Source: a virus (Duplodnaviria; Caudoviricetes). Taken from it: a stretch of DNA of 36,558 bases. Under the pieces are notes generated by a model that was not told where the DNA came from, did not search any database, and was given only the letters and a program-made list of their open reading frames with translations. Below, one piece after another: positions 10,701 to 19,651 of this stretch. Positions within the stretch are counted from its first letter, which is position 1. Every line of letters begins with the position of its first letter. Made by a program: the position numbers and the translations under genes. Location of the stretch: positions 1-36,558 of the IMG/VR virus record IMGVR_UViG_3300043406_000013; one strand, written 5' to 3'.

Positions 10701-11772
10701 TCGCCCGGAAGATCTTGTTGACGTTCTGGTCGATGATCTGCTTGGCTTCTTGCTTGCTCGGACCACCCAACGGCCCAAGGGCACCGGGGTTCGGCAGCGG
10801 GGTCTCACCCGGCAGGGGCGTGTGGCCGATCTGGTAGCCCTGGTTACGGATGGCCTGATAGGTCTTCGGGTCATTGACCTTGTACCGCTCAGCCTCCCGG
10901 TAGTAGGCACGCATGGCCTCCTCGGGGGTCATGTCGTGACTCAGGAGCTTGCCCTGGATCTCTTCCAGCCGTCCGCGGTCCACGACCGTCGTGAGCAACT
11001 GATCCGCCTGCTGGATCATGGAGTTGTACTGCGCCGGGTCGCTGGTCTGGAGACCGCTGGACCGGGCGAGATCCTTCAGCTTCCGACCATACTCGTGCGG
11101 ACCGATGACGTGACGGGCGAACTGGTCTCCGAGCGCGCCGATGCGCAGGTTCAAGTTGTCCGCCTGGACCCGCTGGGCGACTTCTGTGATCTTGCTTCTG
11201 ATCTGCGCCTTGACCGTCGAGCCGTTCCGCGTGTCGTTCAGCTTCTCGCGGTAGAACGTCAGGAGGTCGGAGTAGGAGGCGCGCCCCTTGGAGATCTGGA
11301 GCATGATGCGCTCAGCGCCACGGGTCACCGACTGCGAGTCCCGCTGGTCGATCAGGTCATTGATCTGCTTCTCTAGGGCAGCACGCTTGTTGGGGTCGCC
11401 CTTGTACCCGGCCAGCTTGCCCTTCAGGTAGCTGATGTACCCGTTGTAGTCGTTCGACTTCTCGAACGCCGCAGCGGCATTGCCGTCCGCGATGGACTCC
11501 TGGTACTGGAGTAACGCTTTCTTCCAGTCAGCCTGTTGCTTGGGGTCGTAGGCGGTCTCAGCGACACGCTTCCTGATGTACGCGAGAAGCTGGTCCCCAC
11601 CGATCTTCCCAGCGTCATACCGGGCGAAGACTTCCGAGTCGCGTGCAGCCTGTTCGGTCTCGCGCCGCTGGTCGGCAAGCTCTGCCTGCCGCTCGATGTT
11701 GTTCAGGTAGGTGTCAGCAAGGTAAGCGAACTGGCCGCTATAGTCTCCACCGCCACCGTAACGATCGGGCAT
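7771..11772 (-). CDS. Large putative internal virion protein with C39-like cysteine peptidase domain
   Basis: 1333 aa. Coiled-coil N-terminus; SQLDG..NCVMASSAM..GT..GHGIFIAAYD..WVMDPA (Q-C-H-D order) at about 10290-10710; Pro/Lys/Gly-rich tail. Confidence 0.7.
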   Translation of the reverse strand: MPDRYGGGGDYSGQFAYLADTYLNNIERQAELADQRRETEQAARDSEVFARYDAGKIGGDQLLAYIRKRVAETAYDPKQQADWKKALLQYQESIADGNAAAAFEKSNDYNGYISYLKGKLAGYKGDPNKRAALEKQINDLIDQRDSQSVTRGAERIMLQISKGRASYSDLLTFYREKLNDTRNGSTVKAQIRSKITEVAQRVQADNLNLRIGALGDQFARHVIGPHEYGRKLKDLARSSGLQTSDPAQYNSMIQQADQLLTTVVDRGRLEEIQGKLLSHDMTPEEAMRAYYREAERYKVNDPKTYQAIRNQGYQIGHTPLPGETPLPNPGALGPLGGPSKQEAKQIIDQNVNKIFRAISQLDGSEFAQVNCVMASSAMLAWAMGYRDKDGKAITGADLRYLTGDREMGTNLDQAQSALAQLGITGLKNKNHDNISFDKFKARVGDHGQPAVLMGVYANMPANLRANPTLTRGHGIFIAAYDAKKDAFWVMDPAVSKTTHPDYKGQWMDASVIKNYGWGPSYTDSTGTYSFHGQVLMAPPGTIKQRVTADGPVMGRGTGIRYVNVDDQPVRADTPKRYSGLNSRGPSTVEPVGNETTHRNGKPKVHRAPTGYDTTLGGDTPDTVEEVKSALNASGKRLDIINQLSSAFNAGKDRLNIGGQEYVLNEHLMHQLDRETLKIYDRDIMYADAAGLETVLNDRFDGRTEFLANVAQRNSIDAAVITNTAIRDAKMEFDHALEDPDPARAQKSMQAIKARLHVLETSLTAGAKTATPLDDLSTDPKVTAQLPGLGDIIKLLDMVTEPSDVPINERMPDILDAMKAVGADPDQHDKDGNVTGYGNDLGNMVQKMLDQSDAQGRIDRGEAIAAIDGGTGKLGVVPLLPSFDPITGAEITTPYFGQDENGQNIKGVQVPVQGPTGVEMRWVRPGQTGPVGAMLLPAKNLKLADGTTLTKGVPLTEQQITALAQSGQLAQMIGGDLVEQPYTMTMVQMPGRMVDGKLVPGDTFIQDPGTRLWFQGSIPVTSFGAVGGRYIGMNGDLTPEFEWRPFSSAGMYPLPYQGDRKAIQDATDQGLVPIPQDIQGRDQFGGVTPDANTLPKFYTPYDPLANAWTGMNKVDSPDDRAERIEKAVTQIFQGVHRINDIQSQQSGYEQEWLRRQGRDPITGDPIGKTFDVPSGLNGFGNDPIHQYPQPQNPPESAGPQTSYGEIPSSWRPPDLTSLIGTGADLGLNIKPGHIQSLPGFFASNQAQSAKPAGYTPPAPKQTGKGTGKGTSPLPKVQPKVVMVGGTTINVPDTHKPEHHKNVQYKPPPPSNLGNVGKGQTGGGSNLGAFTKAGG

Positions 11773-11774
11773 GG

Positions 11775-13691
11775 TCAGCCCACCGCGATCTGGTTGAGGG
11801 CCTGCCCGCCGCGGATCAGAGTGGTGTTAGGGCTAGGTCCACCCGGCGCTGCTGGGGTACCTGCCTGCGATGCTGGCTGCTGACCCCCTTGGTTCTGGTC
11901 CTCGAACCCGGTAGGTTGGGCGGCGTATGCCTGCTGCTGCATCTGGTTGACCGCCGTGGACCCCTGGGCCTGTGCGGACATGCCCGGAGCGCCGGCCTGC
12001 GGCTGATCCGTAGGGGCTTGTGCCTGCATCTGCTGCTGCTGCATCTGGATCTGCTGGAGCATGGTCATGATGCCCAGATACGCCTGTGCATCGGCAGCGA
12101 AGAGGGCCGGGTCCATCCGCTCGGACTTGACCATCTCGATCTCGGCCTCGGGGTTCTCGATGCCCACCTTGTCCATCATGGACCGGAGGCTCTGACCCTT
12201 GGCATTCAGCAGGTTGATCTCCGTCATGACCGACTCCTGCGCGTCACGCGGAGTGATCTCCGGAGCGATGATCTTCCAGTTGGTCATGCCCTTCACAAGG
12301 TCCGCCACACCCGCTGTGCGGGGCTGCCCCTGCTCGTCAGGCCCGATGTCCACCTGTGGGTTGACCTTCGTCGCCATGAAGACCCACGACCGCAGCAGTT
12401 CCTTCAGCGTCCGGTAGACGCGGTTCCTGCGGGGGTCCATGCGGTTGGCGTGCGACTGGATCTGCACCGCAACGGCACGCCCCGAGATATCGCTGCTTGA
12501 CATACCACCCAGCCCGATCTCGGGCAGTCCAGAGATACGGTGCCATGCGTTCCATGCCTCCGACATCATCTCGGTGATGGGGAACGTGTTGGCGCCCCCC
12601 TTGGGCACTTCGAGTAGCTGGCTGTTCCCCAGGTTGGTGGCCTCACCAGCCTTTGGCACGATGCCTTCCGGCAGGCCAGCGGCATCGTCTCCGGTGATGT
12701 ACCACGCCGGGTCCACGTTGTCCGCCACGTATTGCAGACCGTGCGAGAACAGGCGGTTCATCTCGATCTGGAGATCGATGAGGTCCACGACGCTGCTCAC
12801 CCCATCGGGGTTACCGGGCTCGTGGTCATGCTCCGTGACAAGGTACGGGATGTCATATAGTTCGGAGTGTGGCTTGGGGCCGTATGCCACCACGCCCCCC
12901 ACGAGGATGGCGTTGCAGATGGCGTCCGTTTCCGCGTGGCGATACCAGTAGTCCCAGACCGCAAGCTGCCGCTGTTCGTAGTCGGACTCCTGCCGATACG
13001 TGACGTTATCGACGTTCTGACTCAGTGGGTCGGTGTGGTCCCCGACGCGGAAGACTTCGAGCGGCTGGCGCGAGTCCATCGGCGTCTTGATCTGTAGGTT
13101 CGGATATCGACGCCGGATCTCCTGCGGGCTGAGCCTGTATTCATACAGCGCCCAATCCTTGACGGAGAAATCATTGGCGCCCCAGCCGATACGCAGGTTC
13201 CACGGCTGCTCGATGAGGCTGACATCTCCACGCTTGTCAGCCTTGTTCCAGAACGTCTTCAGCGCGACCTTGCCGTAGATGCCCTTGACCTGACACAGGT
13301 CGTACATCCATACGTCCCAACCGGACATGTCCAGCCACGTCATCATCAACTGCTCGGTGCCCTCGGCCCGCTTGCGGGCATCCTCGGGGAGCGTGCTGGA
13401 CGGGATGGTGATGCGCGGTAGCATGGCTTCGAGACGCGCCGACGAGTTGATGGTCGGGCGCATCAGGTTCAGGCTGACGTGGATCTTGCCCGGTCGCTCG
13501 GTGCGGTCAGCGGGCCACTGGTCACCAGAACCCCACCCGTAGATGGGTGGGGCATAGTAGTGGTGGAATGCCGTGTACTGGCTTGCCAGTTGGGCCTGAT
13601 AGGGCTGGGATTGGCTGTATCGGGACCGGGCTTCGGCCTCAACCTCCATGACATCCAGCATCTCGCTGTAGTCGTCCACGGTCACCGCCAC
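11775..13691 (-). CDS. Portal protein
   Basis: 638 aa directly after the terminase. Has G.S.V.DLIDLQ.EMN-type segment, SGRAV motif and Gln-rich C-terminus typical of podovirus portals. Confidence 0.8.
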   Translation of the reverse strand: MAVTVDDYSEMLDVMEVEAEARSRYSQSQPYQAQLASQYTAFHHYYAPPIYGWGSGDQWPADRTERPGKIHVSLNLMRPTINSSARLEAMLPRITIPSSTLPEDARKRAEGTEQLMMTWLDMSGWDVWMYDLCQVKGIYGKVALKTFWNKADKRGDVSLIEQPWNLRIGWGANDFSVKDWALYEYRLSPQEIRRRYPNLQIKTPMDSRQPLEVFRVGDHTDPLSQNVDNVTYRQESDYEQRQLAVWDYWYRHAETDAICNAILVGGVVAYGPKPHSELYDIPYLVTEHDHEPGNPDGVSSVVDLIDLQIEMNRLFSHGLQYVADNVDPAWYITGDDAAGLPEGIVPKAGEATNLGNSQLLEVPKGGANTFPITEMMSEAWNAWHRISGLPEIGLGGMSSSDISGRAVAVQIQSHANRMDPRRNRVYRTLKELLRSWVFMATKVNPQVDIGPDEQGQPRTAGVADLVKGMTNWKIIAPEITPRDAQESVMTEINLLNAKGQSLRSMMDKVGIENPEAEIEMVKSERMDPALFAADAQAYLGIMTMLQQIQMQQQQMQAQAPTDQPQAGAPGMSAQAQGSTAVNQMQQQAYAAQPTGFEDQNQGGQQPASQAGTPAAPGGPSPNTTLIRGGQALNQIAVG

Positions 13692-15187
13692 GGCTGGGTG
13701 GGAGTCGTGCGAGCCTGGATACGCATGGGGATGCTCGAACCCGCCGCCATGCTGCTCAGCGCAACATCAACGGCACCGTCGAGGGCCATCACACAATCCT
13801 GTCGCAACTTGTCGTCTTTCAGTCGGTAGTTCAATACCTCCTGCCGCACCCGCGTCCATGCGTCGGGGAGGAGGAGGTCGCCTCGGGTCATCACGGCCCG
13901 AAGGGCGGTGAGTGACTTCAGTTTCTTGTCGGGTCCGCCGAAGTTCAGCGCCCTCGATGGCTGGATCTCACGGAGCATCTGCTTGAACATCGCCCCGCCC
14001 ATGCTGGTCGCGTCGTAGCCCGTGATGGCTTTCGACTGAGGCACGAGTCTCTGGGGATGACGTGCGCTGTTCCAGAGGAAGTGCAGCGATGCCATCTCAT
14101 TCAACAGGGCTGGCATCGACATGGGCCGGATGTAGTGCCTGAAATAGACACCGACCCACGGCTTCGTCGTGATATCGATGACGAGCACCGCAGTGGGATC
14201 GCTCGACACGCTGGGGTCCCAGAAGATGACGTATCGGTGTCCGGGCTTCGGCTTGTCCTCTGCCGCTAGCTTCTTGGTGAAGCACGCCAGGATGTTCTCG
14301 CCGGGGACAAAGAACGCTTCTGCCGGTTCGAGGAACGCACCACGTAGCTGCTGTTCCTTGGTGGCCGGGTCCAGCGTGGCCTCCATGCGGTCCACTTCAG
14401 CCTGCGTGATGCCGAACCCGACGTTATCGGTGATGACGGACCAGCACACCGCTGCCCGGTTCTCGTCATCTACCCAGACCCGTTCCTCGGGGGACTCGTT
14501 GACCCTGCGGATCTCTTCCACGAGGTCGAAGTAGTCATTCATCCCGTTCGGCGTGCTGACCATGTGCAGCGGTCCAGCACTGGCGATCAGACGCATCATC
14601 AACGTCTCGTTGACAATGGAGTTCAAATGATCCTCGAACGCTGCCTCATCGAATGAGATAGCCGCAGCCTTGTATCCCTGGAGCGCAGCAGCCTTGTCGT
14701 CGCTGCTCCGGAACATACACACGGCGCCGTTGTAGAACTCCAGCCCGTCGTAGTACGTAGCAACCTTGGCTTCCGACACGAGTGCAGCGGGGAACTGCAC
14801 TTTCCCGACCTGTGCCGGGTGGGAACCCTTGGCGAGCATCCGGGCGTCGGCCAGGGCGTGGTATGCCTGCTGCTGGGTAGGCGCAAGGTGGAGCCAGAGA
14901 TATGGCTTCTCGAACCATGACTTCGGATCGGATGGATCAGCGCCGATCTTGTAGCAGCACCCCCAGAGGAGGAGCACCGCCACGCCGAGCGTCTTGCCGA
15001 TCTGGTTGGCTGCGACGTGGATGGTGCGCTTCCAGCCCCAGCGCCAGCCGTCCTGCGTCGCCGCCGCGTACCTTAGCCATCGGGTTTGAGCGACATTCAA
15101 CCGCAACCCCAGCAGTTCCTCGGCAAACACGATGATGTCGCGTCCACGGATGAGTAGTTGCTGGATGTCGGGGTTCGGTGTTTTCAA
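13682..15187 (-). CDS. terL: Terminase large subunit
   Basis: Walker A-like AANQIGKT, Walker B ISFDEAA, motif III STPNG, nuclease motifs IFWDP and QDCVMAL. Confidence 0.92.
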   Translation of the reverse strand: MKTPNPDIQQLLIRGRDIIVFAEELLGLRLNVAQTRWLRYAAATQDGWRWGWKRTIHVAANQIGKTLGVAVLLLWGCCYKIGADPSDPKSWFEKPYLWLHLAPTQQQAYHALADARMLAKGSHPAQVGKVQFPAALVSEAKVATYYDGLEFYNGAVCMFRSSDDKAAALQGYKAAAISFDEAAFEDHLNSIVNETLMMRLIASAGPLHMVSTPNGMNDYFDLVEEIRRVNESPEERVWVDDENRAAVCWSVITDNVGFGITQAEVDRMEATLDPATKEQQLRGAFLEPAEAFFVPGENILACFTKKLAAEDKPKPGHRYVIFWDPSVSSDPTAVLVIDITTKPWVGVYFRHYIRPMSMPALLNEMASLHFLWNSARHPQRLVPQSKAITGYDATSMGGAMFKQMLREIQPSRALNFGGPDKKLKSLTALRAVMTRGDLLLPDAWTRVRQEVLNYRLKDDKLRQDCVMALDGAVDVALSSMAAGSSIPMRIQARTTPTQPWR

Positions 15188-15351
15188 TACGCTCCGTAAT
15201 CGGGGAGGTAGTCGATGTACTTTTCCAGCGCGAATAGCTGGTCGATCTCGTCCTGTAGGCGCCGACGTTCTTCGTCAGTGAGCTTCAACTTTGGGTCGAG
15301 CAACTGCTTGGAAAAGCGGGCTTTGGAAAAATCGTTGTCGGGGGGCTGCAC
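15184..15351 (-). CDS. Hypothetical 55-aa protein (absent from ORF track)
   Basis: GTG start, VQPPDNDFSKARFSKQLLDPKLKLTDEERRRLQDEIDQLFALEKYIDYLPDYGAY. The stop overlaps the terL TTG start (TTGA). Start codon uncertain. Confidence 0.45.
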   Translation of the reverse strand: MQPPDNDFSKARFSKQLLDPKLKLTDEERRRLQDEIDQLFALEKYIDYLPDYGAY

Positions 15352-15398
15352 GTAGCTGAGGGGGTCGCCATAGCTTTCGCTCGGTCCGCTGAACGAGC

Positions 15399-15818
15399 CT
15401 AAGCGGGCGATGGGACCGGCTCCGACATGACCACACGCTTGCGGTCGATGTCATCCGTGATGAGTTCTCGGATGCTCTGCAACTGGCCGGTGACCTGTTC
15501 GCCCAGCTTCATGAAAATGCCCATCGCCACATCGGGACGTGCGTCCCGGTAGTGCTCGCGCTCCTTCTCATAGGAGTCCCAATCGCTGGCGGCTGCCTGC
15601 ATCTTCATGCCGGTCTTGATGCCCAGGGACCGCTGCGGCTCCTTCGGATACAGGATGTGGACCTGGAAGTGGACTTCCCACACGCCCTGCGGGTTCAACA
15701 CACGGGCTGTGAAGAACTCAGCCTCTTCAAGCTGCGGATAGAACCGCTTCACCTTGTCTTCGATGATCGCCAGTCGGATGTCATCGATGGCCGGTTCGCA
15801 GTCGGCGTAGGCGACCAC
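15399..15818 (-). CDS. Hypothetical protein
   Basis: 139 aa, coupled to the upstream gene (TAGTG overlap). Confidence 0.65.
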   Translation of the reverse strand: MVAYADCEPAIDDIRLAIIEDKVKRFYPQLEEAEFFTARVLNPQGVWEVHFQVHILYPKEPQRSLGIKTGMKMQAAASDWDSYEKEREHYRDARPDVAMGIFMKLGEQVTGQLQSIRELITDDIDRKRVVMSEPVPSPA

Positions 15819-16150
15819 TAGTCCTCAGCGCCGATGATCTGGCCGTTCTCCTCATCCTCGATGTCAAGCTCCGTCTTGATGACAGGCTTGGCTGACGCCA
15901 GCGCCTTCTGGGCACGCTCCAGCGTCGAATACCGGGCGTGAAGATTGGGTGCGTTCGGGTCGGAGAACAGGCCGAATGCCTTGGTCGTGGAGATGATCTC
16001 GTGGGCGTACTCCGGTTCCGTCGCCTGCTGGTCGTTCCACCAGATGGTTCCGTCCTGGAACTCCCACAACTGGTCGAGCTTCGACAGCACGTCATAGAGA
16101 TCCTGTGATGGCTGGATCTCACGGAGCAGGAACACGCTGGTGTCCATCAT
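15818..16150 (-). CDS. Hypothetical acidic protein
   Basis: 110 aa, tightly packed in the operon. Confidence 0.65.
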   Translation of the reverse strand: MMDTSVFLLREIQPSQDLYDVLSKLDQLWEFQDGTIWWNDQQATEPEYAHEIISTTKAFGLFSDPNAPNLHARYSTLERAQKALASAKPVIKTELDIEDEENGQIIGAED

Positions 16151-16152
16151 GA

Positions 16153-16674
16153 CTAAGACAGAACCTCCACGGCGTCACCCTCGATGACCCTGACGGTCGG
16201 CGCGAGTGTCGTCATCAACTTGATAAGCTCGGCCAGCCCGGATTTCGCGCTGTCCTTGGATTGCTTGATGGTGGTGGCAGCCTTCAGGGCTTGGTCCAAC
16301 GTCACGTCGTCAGGACGATCCGCCACGCGCTGCATCCCGATCGAGACCAGCGACTCCAGGAACAGATCGGGGCTGGAGACTGGCGCTGTCTGGAGCGCCT
16401 GCTTTTCAGCCCGCTGCACCGCATTGACGATCTTGTCCTGCGGGTGCATCACATGGTCCCGGTGCTTCCGGATGGTGACGTGGCTGGCCTTCATCTCGGG
16501 GATGCCGCGGGTCTCGCACCACTCATTCAACTGGCGCGGTGACCATTTCTCCCTGACTCGGGCGTTGTATTCAGCCTGCGCTCGTCCGTCCTTCAGGCTG
16601 CACAGCTTGCAGTAGCCCTGATGACCGAACCCTCGGATATCGAGGTTCTGTGTGGTGAAGTTGGGTCGGGCCAT
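16153..16674 (-). CDS. Putative terminase small subunit
   Basis: 173 aa with CKLC, an HTH-like segment (WSPRQLNEW..ASHVTIRKHRDH), a helical core and C-terminal VIEGDAVEV; lies upstream of terL. Confidence 0.55.
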   Translation of the reverse strand: MARPNFTTQNLDIRGFGHQGYCKLCSLKDGRAQAEYNARVREKWSPRQLNEWCETRGIPEMKASHVTIRKHRDHVMHPQDKIVNAVQRAEKQALQTAPVSSPDLFLESLVSIGMQRVADRPDDVTLDQALKAATTIKQSKDSAKSGLAELIKLMTTLAPTVRVIEGDAVEVLS

Positions 16675-16800
16675 CTACGACCAGCGAGCCCGGAAGGAGC
16701 CGAGCCTCCGTCGTAGACGGCGAATGGCACGGTCGGCACCGTCCACGGTCACACGCGGGCTGTCCACGGTCACGTTTGCGTCGTCCACGGTATGGGCCAT
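16675..16800 (-). CDS. 41-aa peptide with three TVD repeats and Arg-rich tail (absent from ORF track)
   Basis: MAHTVDDANVTVDSPRVTVDGADRAIRRLRRRLGSFRARWS exactly fills the gap between neighbours. Confidence 0.6.
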   Translation of the reverse strand: MAHTVDDANVTVDSPRVTVDGADRAIRRLRRRLGSFRARWS

Positions 16801-16801
16801 A

Positions 16802-18664
16802 TCAGGCAGTCATGTAGACAAAGGACGCGAGCATGTCCGAGTTGCTCTGGACCATGACATCAGTCACCCGAGTCACGGTTGGCGCGGTTCCCATCCAGAG
16901 CGCAGCCGTGGTGGCGCCGACGTTCGTGAGGGCCATGAGCGGAGCCGTCAGTCCAGCCGCGAAGTTCGCGTAATAGGCGAACGCCCCGGAACTCGCGTAG
17001 GTCCCCGATGACGCGAACGGCAGGCCACCGATGTTCGCATTCCCGGTGGAACTGCCCTTGTTCGTCAACGTGATACGGAGCGTCACGAATACCAGCGGCC
17101 CGACCTTCACCCACGATCCGGTCTGCGCGGAGTAGGTGATGCCGGTCGCGGCGCCATTGAACGTCAGCCCCGGTGTCCAGGTGCCGCTGGACCCGTCGGT
17201 CCCGGTATTGGCGACCACCCATGTGGACGTTCCCGTCGCGCCGTTCGAGAGGTCGGTTCCGTTGCCGCTGAGGTTGTTGCCCACGATGAGGAACCGGTCG
17301 CTGGTACCCGTCGAGATGTAGATGCCGTACGTGTCGCAGCCGGTGATGGTGTTCCCGACGATGGAGAAGTCGGGCACGTTGGGCGAGACGAAAATGCCCT
17401 GACCGCAGTCGCGGATCTGGTTGCCGACGATGCGGATGTTCGTGTCCGCTGTGTCCTGGAGCACGATGCCGTAGTGGGGGATGCCTTCGATCCGGTTGCC
17501 GATGATGAGGATGTCATCGCTGTTGGGCTCGATGCCGCTGGTCCCGGTGCTGGAGGCAGGATGGTCCGACGTACACTCGATGAGCGTCTCGGTGATCTCG
17601 TGGCCGTGCGATGTCCCCCCGCCCGCGTTGCTGTGGACGAGGTGGAGCTGCCCGCCTCCTGTGTTGGTCGCCATCTGATGGTTGTCGTACAGGTGGCACC
17701 GACTGACCTGCGTCTGCTCCCCGCCCAGGGCGATGCCGCCCCAATAGCAGTCGTGGACGATGGTGTCCAGGACGCGATGCCCTCGGTCCGCCGTGCTGGC
17801 GCCCCAGATGCCGTACCGCATCGGGCCATCCTGGATGCCGACCTTCCCGGTGGCGGTCCCTGCGACGGTGCAGTTGGCGGAAACGGTGAACGTCCGGGCG
17901 CCGGTCTTCGTGATGGTGTAGGACGTGGAGTTGGCGACACCCGTCGAGTTGTTCCCGGCAAACCTGATGTCCTGCCCCGTCACGAGGTCGTGGTCGGTCA
18001 GGGTCGTCACCACGGGCGCCGTGGGGTGCTGGGAGATCGAGACGATGTCGCGGTAGATGTCCCCCGCCGCGTGGCCCTCGATCACACACCCATCGATGGT
18101 GACGTTCTCGCCGCCCATGCAGATGCCGTACGCTGGGCTTCCTTTGAGCTTGACGCGTGACAGGCGCGAGCGAGTCCCCAGGAGGTAGACATCGAACCAG
18201 CCGCCCGGATAGATATCGTCAGTCGTGGTGATGAGGGCAGCGCCGTCACTGTCGAGCGTCAAGTCCTCGATGGCTGCGTCAACCGGGTTCCCCGGAGTGT
18301 CCGAGAAGTTCACGATCGAGCTTGTCCGGTCCGTGGCACTCTCGGTGCCATAGATCGACAGACGCTTGATGGTGGTCGCACCCATCCCCGCGCCCCTCAG
18401 CGTCACATACGAGGGGATGATCAGGCAGGCGTCCACGTACCACGTGCCGGGCGGGACATAGACGACTCCGGGGCCATCGTCAAGCGCCGCGTTGATCGCC
18501 GTCGAATCGTCACCGGATCCCGTCGCACCGTATCCCCTGATGTCTCGGACAGCGCCCTCCAGTGTCGCCTCGATTGCCTGGACCGCTGACTTCAGCGCGG
18601 CATGGACGGGGACATGGGCGGTAGCGAGAGCCTGACCGGCGGGGAGGTCAGCGATGGTCGTCAT
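16802..18664 (-). CDS. Tailspike / depolymerase-like right-handed beta-helix protein (pectate lyase 3-like)
   Basis: DIRGYGATGSGDDSTAINAAL..VYVPPGTW..VTLRGAG start, many I.GN.I parallel beta-helix repeats, and a C-terminal GTWTP..KVG..GLPF module common in phage fibres. Confidence 0.82.
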   Translation of the reverse strand: MTTIADLPAGQALATAHVPVHAALKSAVQAIEATLEGAVRDIRGYGATGSGDDSTAINAALDDGPGVVYVPPGTWYVDACLIIPSYVTLRGAGMGATTIKRLSIYGTESATDRTSSIVNFSDTPGNPVDAAIEDLTLDSDGAALITTTDDIYPGGWFDVYLLGTRSRLSRVKLKGSPAYGICMGGENVTIDGCVIEGHAAGDIYRDIVSISQHPTAPVVTTLTDHDLVTGQDIRFAGNNSTGVANSTSYTITKTGARTFTVSANCTVAGTATGKVGIQDGPMRYGIWGASTADRGHRVLDTIVHDCYWGGIALGGEQTQVSRCHLYDNHQMATNTGGGQLHLVHSNAGGGTSHGHEITETLIECTSDHPASSTGTSGIEPNSDDILIIGNRIEGIPHYGIVLQDTADTNIRIVGNQIRDCGQGIFVSPNVPDFSIVGNTITGCDTYGIYISTGTSDRFLIVGNNLSGNGTDLSNGATGTSTWVVANTGTDGSSGTWTPGLTFNGAATGITYSAQTGSWVKVGPLVFVTLRITLTNKGSSTGNANIGGLPFASSGTYASSGAFAYYANFAAGLTAPLMALTNVGATTAALWMGTAPTVTRVTDVMVQSNSDMLASFVYMTA

Positions 18665-18667
18665 CGA

Positions 18668-19651
18668 CTATCCACCGAACGCGACGGACGCGAGATAACG
18701 GACATCAGCACCGCTCAGCACGCGGTCACGCCAATACGCGCTCCGGTAGATCACTCCGGGGAACAGGCTACCGGAGTTCGTGGCGGCGATGAAGATGCCT
18801 GCCGTGGACGGGATGCCCCATGAGCCTGCCAGCGTGGTGCTCGATGCCTCCACGAGGCTGCTATTCGCAGCAACGTAGAGGCGGCCTGTCGTCCCGTCGA
18901 ACGTCCCTACCGCAAGCCGGATACGACCGTCGTTCACTGCTCCAGCAGCGGACACGGTGCAATGGGCGACGTTATTGAGCTGGAAGGGGGTGAAATCGAC
19001 CGTGTGTGTGGTTGTGAGTGCGAACTTCCACTGGAACTGCCCAGCCGTCCCCCTGCCCGCGAGGTTCCGCACCGAGGCCGTGGCATCGGTGAGGGAGAAG
19101 ATCGACAGGAAGGACATGCTCGTGGTCGGGTTGGGGATGCTCGTGGCGGTCGTTGCGAACTGCCCCGAGCCGCTCCACGCGATGCCCCGCGTGATGGGGT
19201 CCGGTGCCGTCACGCCGTAGGTCGGGGTCCCGGTGACGGTGGCCGGGTAGAGCTTTCGCGGTGTCTGGACCGTGCCCACCGTGATGTCTGAGCCGAAGTT
19301 GAATGCAGAACCGCCAGCCGTAGCCGAGAACTGGAACGTCTGCGCGGCGAGGTTGGCGGCGATGACGAAATAGGTCGTACCGACCACGACATTCGAGCCA
19401 CCGGTCAGGGTGCCGACGAACGTGATCTGGTCCCCAGCGGCCAGTCCGTGAACACTGGTGGTGTCCACGATGTCGTCCGCATCGGCGGACGTGGCGAGCG
19501 TGACGAGGGCGCTGCTACCGGAGATATCGTGCAGCGGACCAGCACTGTCGTCCATCGGCCAGTAGGCGTTCGGCTGGTAGGCCAGGATGGCGCTGTCCAG
19601 TAGATCGCGGCTTCTTCGATCTTCCCTCAGGTGCGAACCAACGCGTCTCAA
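18668..19651 (-). CDS. LamG / concanavalin A-like lectin domain virion protein
   Basis: PNAYWPMDDSAG..DISG, VNDG..LAVGTFDGTTGRLYV and F.G.I..AYW..VLS motifs of LamG-like jelly rolls. Confidence 0.75.
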   Translation of the reverse strand: MRRVGSHLREDRRSRDLLDSAILAYQPNAYWPMDDSAGPLHDISGSSALVTLATSADADDIVDTTSVHGLAAGDQITFVGTLTGGSNVVVGTTYFVIAANLAAQTFQFSATAGGSAFNFGSDITVGTVQTPRKLYPATVTGTPTYGVTAPDPITRGIAWSGSGQFATTATSIPNPTTSMSFLSIFSLTDATASVRNLAGRGTAGQFQWKFALTTTHTVDFTPFQLNNVAHCTVSAAGAVNDGRIRLAVGTFDGTTGRLYVAANSSLVEASSTTLAGSWGIPSTAGIFIAATNSGSLFPGVIYRSAYWRDRVLSGADVRYLASVAFGG

